64,000 bases of DNA from Methanomassiliicoccales archaeon (GCA_026394395.1 JAPKYK010000001.1:223940-287939), one strand, 5' to 3'. Counted from the first letter of the stretch, positions 20,479 to 30,069 are shown. Numbers and translations are program-made. The notes: generated from the sequence alone by a model not told the origin.

Positions 20479-21844
20479 CTTTGGCACCCCCTTCGATACC
20501 GGAGAAGGCGTCACGGTGCGCGTCCTCCTCGAATATCGCACGTCCGGTCTCGCCCCTAATGCGGCGCACCTCGCGTATCCCCATGGCGCCAAGCATCTCC
20601 AACATCTGGTCCCTCCAGGCGCTGCAGAGGTTGGTCACCCTCTGCCTGGCAAACTCCTGTGGCGCATTCTTCACGTCGGCCGTGCAGTCCTTACCGCACT
20701 CCGCGCAGGCATGGCAGCCCAGGGCCACCTTCATCGCCCTCTCCAGCGTCACCGCGTCGGCTCCGCAGATGATGCTCTTGGGTACCATCTCCGCCGCGGC
20801 CAGTCCGCCGGAGGATATGATGGTCACACTATCCCGGAGACCGACGGAGACCAGGTGCTTATGCAGTTTGCGCATGGCGTCCCTGGCGTACGCACCGCTT
20901 CCGTCCATCCCGCTCTCCTCGAAGAGGACGTGCAGCACGTCGGCCTCTTTGGCCATCTCGTCCACGGTGGACGGAAGGTCCGGCGACGATCTCAACCGTA
21001 TGCCGACCAGCAGTCCCGGCCGCTTGGCCTTGAGGTCCTTCAGCACCGCCTTCCAGTTGTCGGCGGGCTCTATCTCCACCATGCGCACGTGGGGCGAAAG
21101 GCGGTCCAGGTCGGCCGGCCCGGATATTATGGGCACCAGCATCTCGGCCTTGATCTCCCCGCCCAATTTATCCATCAGACCGATGGACAGAACCAGCAGC
21201 GTCCCCAGCTCGCTGGCGGCGCCGGCGATGCCTTTCATCACGGCGTCGGTTACATCCAAACGAGAGACGTCCAGTAGGAACGGGACCGGAAGGTCGACGA
21301 TCGTGCCCATGTCGGTGAGGAGACGCCTTTGCTCATCGAAGGTCAGGACGGAAGGCTTGCGCCCGATGTCCACGGCGGTGGAGATGAACTCCCTTCCGTG
21401 TATGCCGTCCCTGGTGGGGCGGACGATCTCGGACATGTCCGTCCACATGGCGTCGAAGCCCGGTCCGGAGAAAGTTCCGCGGTACCCAGCGCCCAGCACC
21501 GGGATCTTGGCGTTCTCCGCCTCGTTCCACATGGTGGTCACGCGCACCGGGGTCCAAACGCCGTTCCCGAGAGCCTTGAACTCCTCGTTCACCTTGATGG
21601 AGAGCGCTCTCTGCGGGCACTCGACGACGCAGCGGAAGCAGTTCTTGCACAGCATGCTGTCAGGCTCGGCCATCTTCCGCGGGTCGTTCGCATCGCGCTT
21701 GTGCGCGTCGTACACGCAGGCCCTCTCGCACTTCCCGCAATTGATGCAGTTATCCGCCCGATGCACCAGGAACTTAGGAACTGGCTTATGCCGTCCGGGT
21801 ATCACTTCGGTGTGGATGTGGTAGCGCTCATACACGGCGCTCAC
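20471..21844 (-). CDS. Divergent ferredoxin + glutamate-synthase FMN-domain paralog
   Basis: CINCGKC...C and CKNCFRC...CP clusters, GFD...DMSEIVRPTRDG, SSGGL, GCHACAEC...C, MLGAMG...GE. Confidence 0.8.
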   Translation of the reverse strand: MSAVYERYHIHTEVIPGRHKPVPKFLVHRADNCINCGKCERACVYDAHKRDANDPRKMAEPDSMLCKNCFRCVVECPQRALSIKVNEEFKALGNGVWTPVRVTTMWNEAENAKIPVLGAGYRGTFSGPGFDAMWTDMSEIVRPTRDGIHGREFISTAVDIGRKPSVLTFDEQRRLLTDMGTIVDLPVPFLLDVSRLDVTDAVMKGIAGAASELGTLLVLSIGLMDKLGGEIKAEMLVPIISGPADLDRLSPHVRMVEIEPADNWKAVLKDLKAKRPGLLVGIRLRSSPDLPSTVDEMAKEADVLHVLFEESGMDGSGAYARDAMRKLHKHLVSVGLRDSVTIISSGGLAAAEMVPKSIICGADAVTLERAMKVALGCHACAECGKDCTADVKNAPQEFARQRVTNLCSAWRDQMLEMLGAMGIREVRRIRGETGRAIFEEDAHRDAFSGIEGGAKVD

Positions 21845-23786
21845 CTCCCATGCCGTTCTTGGGCGCCCCCAGCACCAGGCCGCGGGAGATCATCTCCTCG
21901 TAGTGCGGGCTGACCTCGGCCAGGCGGACGAAGCGCTCTATCTCCACGGCGTCCTTTCCGTACTTCTTCTCCAGGCGGGCCTCCAGCTCCTCGTACGCCG
22001 GTATCAGGTCCAGCTTGGACTGGCAGACCTGCTCGCAGGCCTTGCACCTCATGCACAGGAAGGCTCGGTGGGCGTGCTCCTTGGTGATCTCCTTCCCCTC
22101 GGCCATGGCCTTGGCCGTCAGCAGCTTGCCGCGGGCGGTGACCCTCTCGTCCTTGGTCAAGGCGTACGCCGGGCAGACGCTCACGCAGGCACCGCACATG
22201 GCGCACTGGTTGGCCATCTCCACCAGCACGTCCCGTTTCCGGGGCCCCATGGCCTTGCGGGAAACAGAGGAGAGCGAGCGGAAAACGAGGCCCAGCGGCG
22301 CGTGCAGCCGGGCCATGAACCGGAAGCCCGTTCCCGAGCCCAGGGGGCTGAAGACCAGGCCGGCGGCGCCGAACATTCTACCTTTCAAGGCGAAGTACTT
22401 GCCCGGGTTCATGACGTTGGTGGGGTCCAGTTTGTCCTTGGCCTTCCTCAGCCTCTCCCTCTCTTCCTCCGGCCAGTGGTCGGCGAAGGAGTTGTTCCAG
22501 ACGCCCAGGGAGTACGGTCGCGCCCCCAGCCCGATGAGGGAGGAGGTCACCACCATGGACTTGGCGGCGTCCAGGGTATACAGCGACTGGTTGACCTGGT
22601 CCGTTAGATAGTAGCAGAGCAGTAGCGATTCTCGGCCCTGCATGAAATGCACCTCGAGCAGGGGGTCCAGGTCGAACTCCTGGCAGAGGTCCTCGGCCCG
22701 GTGCAGTATGGCCTTGAGGTTGGACATGGGCGCCAGCACCTCCGCCCCGAGCATACCTGGGCCGAGGCGGCGCAGCTTCATGGGGAAGGAGCGCTCGTGC
22801 CACAGCAGGCGGGCCTGGTACGCCGGTTCCTCCTTGATGCCCAACGAGGAGAGCAGATCCACGACGGCCTTCTCCGAGGCGGCGTCGGCGGAGGTGACCA
22901 GCAGTGCGTGTCCCTCCCCGAAGTGCTCCCCGTGCAGCAGCTTGTTGGCGTAGCGCAGCTTGCCCGGGGAGAAGTAGATGAGGTCCTCCGGCAACGGCGA
23001 CAAACGGCGCAGCCTCTCGGCCGCTTCGACGGCCGCATCAAGGTCATGGAAGAGCAGCAGATGCGATCTGGAGGCGCGGTCGATCTCCTTGACCTTGAGG
23101 GTGGCCTCGACGATCACGCCCAATTGGCCCTCGCTGCCGAACACCGCCTGGAACTCCTCCTGGGGCGGCTGCAGGGTGATGATGCCTCCGGGGGTGGCCA
23201 GCTTCACCGAGGTGACGATGCGGCTGAGGTGCCCCCCGCCCAGGGAGCCCACGCCTAGACCGCCGCCGCAGATCCAGCCGGCCACGGTGGAGAATCGGCT
23301 GGACGGGCAGGAGATGATGCGCAGCCCGTGCTGGGGCAGGGCGTGATCGACGTCCGCCCAGCGGCAGCCTCCCTGCACGCGGACACGCTTGTTCTTAACG
23401 TCCACGTCCAGCACCTTGTCCAGGTTGCCAACGTCCACCACGATGCCGCCGTTCACGGGGATGGAACCGCCGAAAGGCGAAGAGCCGGAACCGCGGGGGA
23501 TGACCGCCAGGCCGCGAGCCTTGGCGAACTCGAGGACGGCCATGGCCGCCTCAGAGGTAAAAGGCTGCGCCACAGCGTCCGGGGTGTATTGGATGAGAAC
23601 GTCCTTCAACAGCTGCGGCACATCGGCCTGGTCCCGGGAATAGAGGTCCCTCTCACCGTTGCCGACGACGACCCGTAGGTCGGGGGTGTTCAGCACATCC
23701 AGTTCTTTGGCCAGTCCCGAGGACATCTCCACCTTGGCGCGGAAACGTTCGGGCGTTATGGTCTGGCCGCCAGCGTTCGATTCCAT
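21828..23786 (-). CDS. FAD-linked oxidoreductase (GlcD/D-lactate dehydrogenase family) with C-terminal 2x[4Fe-4S]
   Basis: PRGSGSS...GG, GSEGQLGVI, KDKLDPTNVMNPGK; CAMCGACVSVCP and CMRCKACEQVC. Confidence 0.88.
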   Translation of the reverse strand: MESNAGGQTITPERFRAKVEMSSGLAKELDVLNTPDLRVVVGNGERDLYSRDQADVPQLLKDVLIQYTPDAVAQPFTSEAAMAVLEFAKARGLAVIPRGSGSSPFGGSIPVNGGIVVDVGNLDKVLDVDVKNKRVRVQGGCRWADVDHALPQHGLRIISCPSSRFSTVAGWICGGGLGVGSLGGGHLSRIVTSVKLATPGGIITLQPPQEEFQAVFGSEGQLGVIVEATLKVKEIDRASRSHLLLFHDLDAAVEAAERLRRLSPLPEDLIYFSPGKLRYANKLLHGEHFGEGHALLVTSADAASEKAVVDLLSSLGIKEEPAYQARLLWHERSFPMKLRRLGPGMLGAEVLAPMSNLKAILHRAEDLCQEFDLDPLLEVHFMQGRESLLLCYYLTDQVNQSLYTLDAAKSMVVTSSLIGLGARPYSLGVWNNSFADHWPEEERERLRKAKDKLDPTNVMNPGKYFALKGRMFGAAGLVFSPLGSGTGFRFMARLHAPLGLVFRSLSSVSRKAMGPRKRDVLVEMANQCAMCGACVSVCPAYALTKDERVTARGKLLTAKAMAEGKEITKEHAHRAFLCMRCKACEQVCQSKLDLIPAYEELEARLEKKYGKDAVEIERFVRLAEVSPHYEEMISRGLVLGAPKNGMGGERRV

Positions 23787-24002
23787 TATGATCTCACCTG
23801 AAACTATGACTGAAGAGAAGATGGTAGACGCTTGTTGTTTTTAAAGAAATTTATTAGTCATATGTCGAGGAATATCCAAATTTCTATACATATCGCTAAT
23901 TTTTAGGTATTTTATGAAGAATAGTACTATAAAAATAACCTTGATGACAGCATGCCTGGGCGTTCAGCCAGATGTTGCACCACCGTCCAAAGGTCCTGGC
24001 GG

Positions 24003-25196
24003 TCAGATGATGTGCAGTTCCTTCCCGATCTTCTCGAACTTGCCGATGGCGAAGTCGAGGTCCTTCTCGGTCAGAGCGGCGTTCATGATGGTGCGTATGC
24101 GCGCCTTGTCCTTGGCCACCATCGGGAACACTATCGGCAACGCGAAGACATCCTCCTGGTACAGCCTCTGGCTCAGCTGCCTGGCATTGGCGCTGTCCCC
24201 GACCATGACCGGGATGATGGGGGTGACGCTCTTGCCGGTGTCGAACCCCAGGTCCTGCATGGCTTTTCGGAAATAGTTCGTCCTGGCCCACAGGTTCCTC
24301 ACGTGCTGCGGCTCGTTCTCCAGCACGTCTATCGCCCCGATGCAGGCGGCCACCACCGCCGGCGGGTGCGAGCCGCTGAGGAGCCAGGTGCGAGATTTGT
24401 TGAGAGCGAAGTTCTTGAGGTCCAGGGAACCGGAGACGTGCCCGCCGACCACGCCGAACGCTTTGGAGAACGTGCCCATCTCCACCTGCACGCTGAGGTG
24501 GTCCAAATGGAAGTGGGAGACGATACCTCGTCCGCCCTCCCCCAGCACGCCCTCGCCGTGGGCGTCGTCCACGTAGAGCATGGCGCCGTGTTGCTTAGCG
24601 AGCTTGGCTATCTGGTCCAGCGGGGCCATGTCCCCGTCCATGGAGAAGACGCCGTCGGTGATGATCAGGATGCGGCGGTAGGCCGGCTGCTTCTTCTCGA
24701 TCTCCTCCAGTTTCAGGGCCAGGTCGCTGACGTCGCAGTGTTTGTAGATGGCCCTCTCCGCCGTCGATAATCGCACACCGTCAATGATGCTGCCGTGGTT
24801 GAGCTCGTCAGAGATGATGAGGTCGCCCTTCCCCACCAGCTGAGGTATGAGGCCAGAATTGGCGGCGAAGCCCGTCTGGTACACCAACGAGGCGGGGCAC
24901 CTCTTGAACTTGGCCAACCGCTCCTCCAGCTCCAGGTGCAGGTCCATGGTGCCCGCTATCGACCTCACGGAGCCGGAACCGACCCCGTGGCTCTCTACGG
25001 CCTTCTTGGCCAGCTCCTTCATGTGCGGGTGATTGCTCAAGCCCAGGTAGTTGTTGGAGCAGAACATGAGCACCCTCTTCCCGTCGACCTTGCACCACGG
25101 CGTGCTCGCCCCTTGCAACTTGGCGATGCGCCAGTCCAGCGATTGGTCGACCAGGTCCTGGTACTCTTGCTTGAGGAATGAGGCGGGATCTCTCAT
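24003..25196 (-). CDS. kbl: Glycine C-acetyltransferase (2-amino-3-ketobutyrate CoA ligase)
   Basis: SNNYLGL, DELNHGSIIDG, DGVFSMDGD, VDDAHG, GTFSKAFG (PLP lysine); adjacent to tdh. Confidence 0.9.
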   Translation of the reverse strand: MRDPASFLKQEYQDLVDQSLDWRIAKLQGASTPWCKVDGKRVLMFCSNNYLGLSNHPHMKELAKKAVESHGVGSGSVRSIAGTMDLHLELEERLAKFKRCPASLVYQTGFAANSGLIPQLVGKGDLIISDELNHGSIIDGVRLSTAERAIYKHCDVSDLALKLEEIEKKQPAYRRILIITDGVFSMDGDMAPLDQIAKLAKQHGAMLYVDDAHGEGVLGEGGRGIVSHFHLDHLSVQVEMGTFSKAFGVVGGHVSGSLDLKNFALNKSRTWLLSGSHPPAVVAACIGAIDVLENEPQHVRNLWARTNYFRKAMQDLGFDTGKSVTPIIPVMVGDSANARQLSQRLYQEDVFALPIVFPMVAKDKARIRTIMNAALTEKDLDFAIGKFEKIGKELHII

Positions 25197-25254
25197 AGAA
25201 CGTCTCCGGAGGCCGGAGCGGTTCGCCCGCCAATTAAGCTTTCCCTCGGCCAGT

Positions 25255-26217
25255 TCAGAGTCTGCCCTGCTCCTTCCTCTTTCGGAGCCGGGCGAACATA
25301 TCGTCGGCCAGGCGGTCCAGGTTCCACTCCGCCTTCCAGCCCCAGTCCTTTGTAGCACGTGAGTCATCCATGGAGTCCGGCCAGGAATCGGCGATGACCT
25401 GGCGGAAATCAGGCTGGTACTCTATCTTGAATCCCGGGCTGCGCTTGGCGACGATTTTCGCCAGCTCCGCGGCGGAGAAGCTCAGCCCATTAAGGTTGTA
25501 GGCCAGGCGAGTGCTGAGGTCCTTCGTGGGCGCCTCCATGACGCTGATGGCCGCGTTGATGCAGTCGGGCATGTACATCATCGGTAAGACGGTCATCTCG
25601 TTCACGAAGCAGGTGTACTGGTTCTTGCGCACCGCCTCGTAGAAGATGGCGACCGCATAGTCCGTCGTCCCGCCGCCCGGGGGCGTCTCCGCGCTGATTA
25701 TGCCCGCGTAACGAACGCTACGGACGTCCACGCCATACTTACTATGATAGTAATCGCATAGGAGCTCCCCGGCGACCTTGGTCACGCCGTACATGGTGGT
25801 GGGTTGCAGGACGGTATCCTGAGGCGTATTCACGTGAGGACAGTTGTTGCCGAAGACGGCGATAGAACTAGGCCAGAAGACCTTGATGTTGCGCTTGCGG
25901 GCGATCTCGAGAACGTTGATCAGCCCATTCATGTTAAGGTCCCAGGCGAACTGGGGATCTTTTTCACCGATGCCGGAAAGGACCGCGGCCAGGTGGTATA
26001 TGGTGCCGATGTCGTACTTCACGCACAGGTCGTCGATCTGCTTGATGTCGAGGATATTGGCGGTCTCGTAGGGACCGGCCTCCGCGAGCTCCTTGGAGGG
26101 AGCGCGGCTGTGGCCGACGGCTATGACGTTGTCGTTGCCGTACCTCTTTCTCAGTTCAACGATCAGTTCAGAACCGATCTGGCCGGTCGCGCCAGCTACC
26201 ATTATCTTTCTGCTCAA
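25255..26217 (-). CDS. tdh: SDR-type L-threonine 3-dehydrogenase
   Basis: GATGQIG, PSSIAVFG, YGVTK, PGGGTTDY, RQVIADSWP motifs. Confidence 0.9.
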   Translation of the reverse strand: MSRKIMVAGATGQIGSELIVELRKRYGNDNVIAVGHSRAPSKELAEAGPYETANILDIKQIDDLCVKYDIGTIYHLAAVLSGIGEKDPQFAWDLNMNGLINVLEIARKRNIKVFWPSSIAVFGNNCPHVNTPQDTVLQPTTMYGVTKVAGELLCDYYHSKYGVDVRSVRYAGIISAETPPGGGTTDYAVAIFYEAVRKNQYTCFVNEMTVLPMMYMPDCINAAISVMEAPTKDLSTRLAYNLNGLSFSAAELAKIVAKRSPGFKIEYQPDFRQVIADSWPDSMDDSRATKDWGWKAEWNLDRLADDMFARLRKRKEQGRL

Positions 26218-26399
26218 GTGAACACCTTTGATCGTGCGAATGTCCCCAAAACGCAGGATGCAGATTTATATTCTATCGAGTTGGAGTTCGATGGTCCCAT
26301 AATAAGGGCTGCATACAATGAGGATAAACCATAGATGATTGAGAAATGTGGAAAATTCATCTAAATAAACTCATATCATCTTATCGCTTTTACAGAAAT

Positions 26400-26855
26400 A
26401 TGGTTCATTACCAAAGAGATGGACGATCACCGATACCAGAATCGGAAACAACATCCCGGGTAATGAGCGCAAATCGTGGAAAGAACACTACACCAGAACT
26501 TAAGTTGAGAGGCGCATTAAGGAAAATCGGTCTACCCGGTTATAGGTTGAACTGGAAAGGAGCACCAGGACGTCCCGATATCGCATACCCACGTCTCAAA
26601 GTAGCTATCTTCGTCCACGGTGATTTTTGGCACAGATGCCCAGTATGTGCTCTTCCTCTACCTAAGACCCATACAGAATTCTGGGGGGCGAAGCTAGAAC
26701 GGAACGTGCAGAGGGATCAAAAGCGATTATCCCAGTTAGAGGCCGACGGTTGGAAGGTCTTTGTATTCTGGGAACATGAAATCAAGGCCGATGTCGATCA
26801 ATGTGCGGAAAAGATCAAAGCACACATCAAGGATCTCAATGCTTTTAGTAAATGA
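26400..26855 (+). CDS. vsr: Very short patch repair endonuclease
   Basis: MSANRGKNTTPEL, PGRPDI, IFVHGDFWH, FW..KLERNVQRD, GWKVFVFWEHE. Confidence 0.95.
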   Translation: MVHYQRDGRSPIPESETTSRVMSANRGKNTTPELKLRGALRKIGLPGYRLNWKGAPGRPDIAYPRLKVAIFVHGDFWHRCPVCALPLPKTHTEFWGAKLERNVQRDQKRLSQLEADGWKVFVFWEHEIKADVDQCAEKIKAHIKDLNAFSK

Positions 26856-26867
26856 TGCCCCGGTGTT

Positions 26868-27122
26868 TCATCCCATCTCGCGGAGTTTGCTTAGGACCTT
26901 TCTACCTTCCTCAGTAATTGTATATATCCTGTTCTTTGAGCTTTTTGGTGTCATGCATTTCAACAACCCATTCTCACTAAGCTCACCAAGTGCCCTGGAA
27001 ACATGAGGAAGGTGTTCACCAGTGGTATCTGCTATATTGGTTGGAGTTCTCGGTCCTTTCTCAAGGGCTTCAAGAACAGACCTTCGGGTCTTTCCCTGCA
27101 TAAATGATAGTAACTCCCACAT
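26868..27122 (-). CDS. ArsR/MarR-like winged-helix regulator (candidate R-M controller)
   Basis: RRSVLEAL...TPTNIA...VSRALGEL..NGL...Y.ITEEG; divergent from the nuclease/MTase pair. Confidence 0.85.
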   Translation of the reverse strand: MWELLSFMQGKTRRSVLEALEKGPRTPTNIADTTGEHLPHVSRALGELSENGLLKCMTPKSSKNRIYTITEEGRKVLSKLREMG

Positions 27123-27153
27123 ACAAGGGATAATATCAACTCAGCTTTTACGA

Positions 27154-27219
27154 ATTATTACCATATTGTTACCATATGGTATTATTTAGGTAATTTAAGG
27201 ATATCATATTGGTAATAAT
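27154..27219. promoter_or_regulatory. Inverted and direct repeats (candidate operators) in the divergent promoter
   Basis: ATTATTACCA (27154-63) and its reverse complement TGGTAATAAT (27210-19); palindrome TACCATATGGTA (27170-81); TTACCATAT occurs twice in tandem. Confidence 0.65.
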
Positions 27220-27251
27220 GGATTTCGACCGTCAATAGCTGTCCCTACAAT

Positions 27252-28118
27252 ATGATGTGGGTTGCCTCTGAATGGGAAGACGTGCTTAGGACCGAAATTA
27301 TCTCGGGCACTCCAGAGAACGTATTGAAGAAGAGAATTCAGTTAATAAACGAAGCAATAGCATGGGAAGGTTCGATAGAGGCCCCTAGAGAACATGTGGT
27401 TGGTCATAGCAATGATGGGGCGATCTTGTCCTTTAAAAAACCAGGTAAGGAAGCTAAGGCAGGTACCAATCCAAATGATATGAGGCCCACTATAAAATTC
27501 GGAGATAGCCCTCTCCCCTCACCTTCGTTCGCTTTTATATGGAAAGAGCTCACGAAAATCGCCGTTATCGATTTCGAGGCGTTCCGCGCAATTCTGATTT
27601 TGATATATCGTAGCGCCTATCTCTTGGACCATGAAGAAAATGGGGAGGGTCGTTTAAGGTACTCTCCAAGTCCGAAAATAAAGGAATGCATAACAGCATT
27701 GGACCATTTTGTCGGAGATAAGACAGAGTTTAGGAGCGTAGACGGATTGCTACGCTTCATCGACCTGTTGGGCTGGAATGAAGATGTGAAATACCACTCT
27801 TTCGAGGGCAAAGGGACCTTTACTGAAGGCAAGAACGCTGGAAAATCAAAGACAAAAATAGGTCGAGTAAACACGTTCCTAACATGCATCCGAATCCCAT
27901 TCGAAGTCTCAAATTTTATGAAGGAATATCAGATGGAGAGATCTGATGGAAAGATCACCGACTTCGACCAGCTATACGATATAATGCAGGACCTGATTAA
28001 TGGTCGGGGCGTGTGCCCGATTAGTATGGCAGATTTACCTGTTTATCTTAGCCCATATCTGACAACTAAAAATTCAGGGCAGTTCATCCTCAATCCACTT
28101 CAACGTACATTGATCTAA
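27252..28118 (+). CDS. Hypothetical protein, putative restriction endonuclease (by context)
   Basis: AT-rich 288-aa ORF directly upstream of a C5 MTase and near vsr; no nuclease motif recognised. Confidence 0.55.
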   Translation: MMWVASEWEDVLRTEIISGTPENVLKKRIQLINEAIAWEGSIEAPREHVVGHSNDGAILSFKKPGKEAKAGTNPNDMRPTIKFGDSPLPSPSFAFIWKELTKIAVIDFEAFRAILILIYRSAYLLDHEENGEGRLRYSPSPKIKECITALDHFVGDKTEFRSVDGLLRFIDLLGWNEDVKYHSFEGKGTFTEGKNAGKSKTKIGRVNTFLTCIRIPFEVSNFMKEYQMERSDGKITDFDQLYDIMQDLINGRGVCPISMADLPVYLSPYLTTKNSGQFILNPLQRTLI

Positions 28119-28176
28119 TCAGTTTCATTGACCTTAGCAATAATGTTATTGATAGGGTCCGTCTTTCAGGGATTGG

Positions 28177-29529
28177 ATGCAACGGACCGTCATCGAGCTG
28201 TTCGCTGGTGTGGGTGGGTTCCATCTCGGACTTTCTAGAAGCGGCTGGAACGTCGTATGGGCGGACCAGTGGGAACCAGGAAAGAAGGAGCAGTGGGCGT
28301 TCCGATGCTATGAGGGGCACTTCAACAGCTCTGGCACGCAATGTGTGAACGAGGACATCTCCAAGGTTGATACCTCTGAAATGCCTCCTGCAAAATTGCT
28401 GGTCGGCGGGTTCCCTTGTCAGGACTACTCAGTGGCCACCTCGAATGCCCACGGTATCGAAGGGAAGAAAGGTGTTCTCTGGTGGCACATTGAAAGGCTC
28501 CTCAGGGACAACATCGATAGAGGAACAGCGATACCATACGTCCTACTGGAGAACGTGGATAGGCTTGTGAAGTCCCCATCTAAACAGAGAGGCAGGGACT
28601 TTGGAATAATCCTTTCATGCCTCAACAACCTTGGATACGTAGCTGAGTGGAGAGTAATCAACGCTGCCGATTACGGATACCCGCAAAAGAGGAGAAGAAC
28701 GTTCATCTTCGCCACACTAGCCAATGGCACGGTCGACAGGCTCTATTCTTCAAGGTCGGACGTCAAGGTCCTGACCAAGGACGGTTTCTTCGCCAAGGAG
28801 TTTCCCAGCGCACCCGTCAAGGGACAGAACGGCTCGTCCATCTGCCTTTTAGCCGACCTGGTCATGATGACCAAACAGTTCGAGTTCAATTTCGAGAATG
28901 CCGGGTTCATGAAGGACGGAAGGGTGTTCACTCTGAAGGTAAACACTACCCATGTCCGAGATAAAAAATCCGGAAAAGGCACCTTAGGAAGCATCCTCGA
29001 AAAAGATGTGGATGAAAAGTATCTGATTCCTCCGGAATGGATAGGTGATGAGGCCAACCGAGGGAACGAGGGGTTCAGAAATACCTGGAGATACTGCAAG
29101 GGCGCGAAGAACGAGGCCCGGGTCCATCGGAACGGACACGCCTATAGATATAATGAGGGAGGAATACCGTTCCCGGACAAGCTCGACGAGCCTTCAAGGA
29201 CCATGTTGACCATCGAAGGCAATCGTAGACCTAACCGGATATGTCACATCATTCCGGTCGACCCGGAAAAGAACCTCTATCGGGTCCTGACCCCGGTCGA
29301 GACCGAGAGATTGAACGGGTTCGATGATAATTGGACGGAAGGAATGCCGGAGAAGTGGAGGTACTTCTGCATGGGCAACGCCCTTGTGGTCGGCGTCATA
29401 GAGCAGATGGGCAGGCGATTGATGGAACTCGCTAAAGAAGCTGATAAAAATACATCTGGATCCCCTGCAAATAGGAAAAAAGGGGGAACGATCATAGGAC
29501 CACTGGACATATGCGATGGGTCAAATTGA
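28177..29529 (+). CDS. dcm: DNA (cytosine-5) methyltransferase, M.Sau3AI-like
   Basis: ELFAGVGG (I), GGFPCQDYS (IV), LENV (VI), QKRRRTF (VIII), MGNAL (X); GIEGKKGVLWW and KSPSKQRGRDF recall M.Sau3AI-type enzymes. Confidence 0.95.
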   Translation: MQRTVIELFAGVGGFHLGLSRSGWNVVWADQWEPGKKEQWAFRCYEGHFNSSGTQCVNEDISKVDTSEMPPAKLLVGGFPCQDYSVATSNAHGIEGKKGVLWWHIERLLRDNIDRGTAIPYVLLENVDRLVKSPSKQRGRDFGIILSCLNNLGYVAEWRVINAADYGYPQKRRRTFIFATLANGTVDRLYSSRSDVKVLTKDGFFAKEFPSAPVKGQNGSSICLLADLVMMTKQFEFNFENAGFMKDGRVFTLKVNTTHVRDKKSGKGTLGSILEKDVDEKYLIPPEWIGDEANRGNEGFRNTWRYCKGAKNEARVHRNGHAYRYNEGGIPFPDKLDEPSRTMLTIEGNRRPNRICHIIPVDPEKNLYRVLTPVETERLNGFDDNWTEGMPEKWRYFCMGNALVVGVIEQMGRRLMELAKEADKNTSGSPANRKKGGTIIGPLDICDGSN

Positions 29530-29736
29530 AGCACTTTTTATATTTTATAAAAATTAAAATATTTCTGAGCACTCCCAACGGGAAGCACCCTCGTATGTAG
29601 CCAGTCAACATTTTCAAGGCCTTATCAAAATCGTGAAGACCTTCGAGCGACTTCCAGAAGCCATTTCCATTTTTTTCACAATAGTTTTAATTTGGGGCTA
29701 TCCCCATTCTGAACAATATTCAGGTCGGGCGAATTC

Positions 29737-30069
29737 ATGACATCCAAAGTCCGGGTCAATATGTTCCCATGCAAGAACACCTCGGAGATCGAGGTCAATA
29801 CGACGGATGATGGGGATTACACCGTCAAAGTAAACAGTAGCTGTAAGAAGGTGACCAAGTTCGTTGATGGGCTGGGCCCCCTATCCATGACCGACCTGAC
29901 CGACAAGAAGGAGAGCAAGGTCTTCCGTGACTTCATCAATTCAGATATGAGCGCGAATTGTTTGACGCTGTCCGGAGTCATCACGGCGGCCTGGATGGAG
30001 GCGGGTATGATCGCCAGGTCCTATGCGAAACTTGGCGTTCCGCTCAACATCGAGCTAATAGGGGACTGA
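29737..30069 (+). CDS. Small Cys-containing hypothetical protein (DUF6951-like)
   Basis: PC, SSC and ANC cysteines; AAWMEAG motif; 110 aa. Confidence 0.6.
   Translation: MTSKVRVNMFPCKNTSEIEVNTTDDGDYTVKVNSSCKKVTKFVDGLGPLSMTDLTDKKESKVFRDFINSDMSANCLTLSGVITAAWMEAGMIARSYAKLGVPLNIELIGD

Noticed and set aside
23787..24002. NrpR operator (GGAA-N6-TTCC) upstream of the glutamate-synthase-like operon
   Set aside because: Only GGAATATCC is present; no correctly spaced site seen
29566..29592. CGGGAAGCACC resembling the tRNA-Glu 3' end as a possible att site
   Set aside because: Short, imperfect and inverted relative to the tRNA, so not the direct repeat expected from integration
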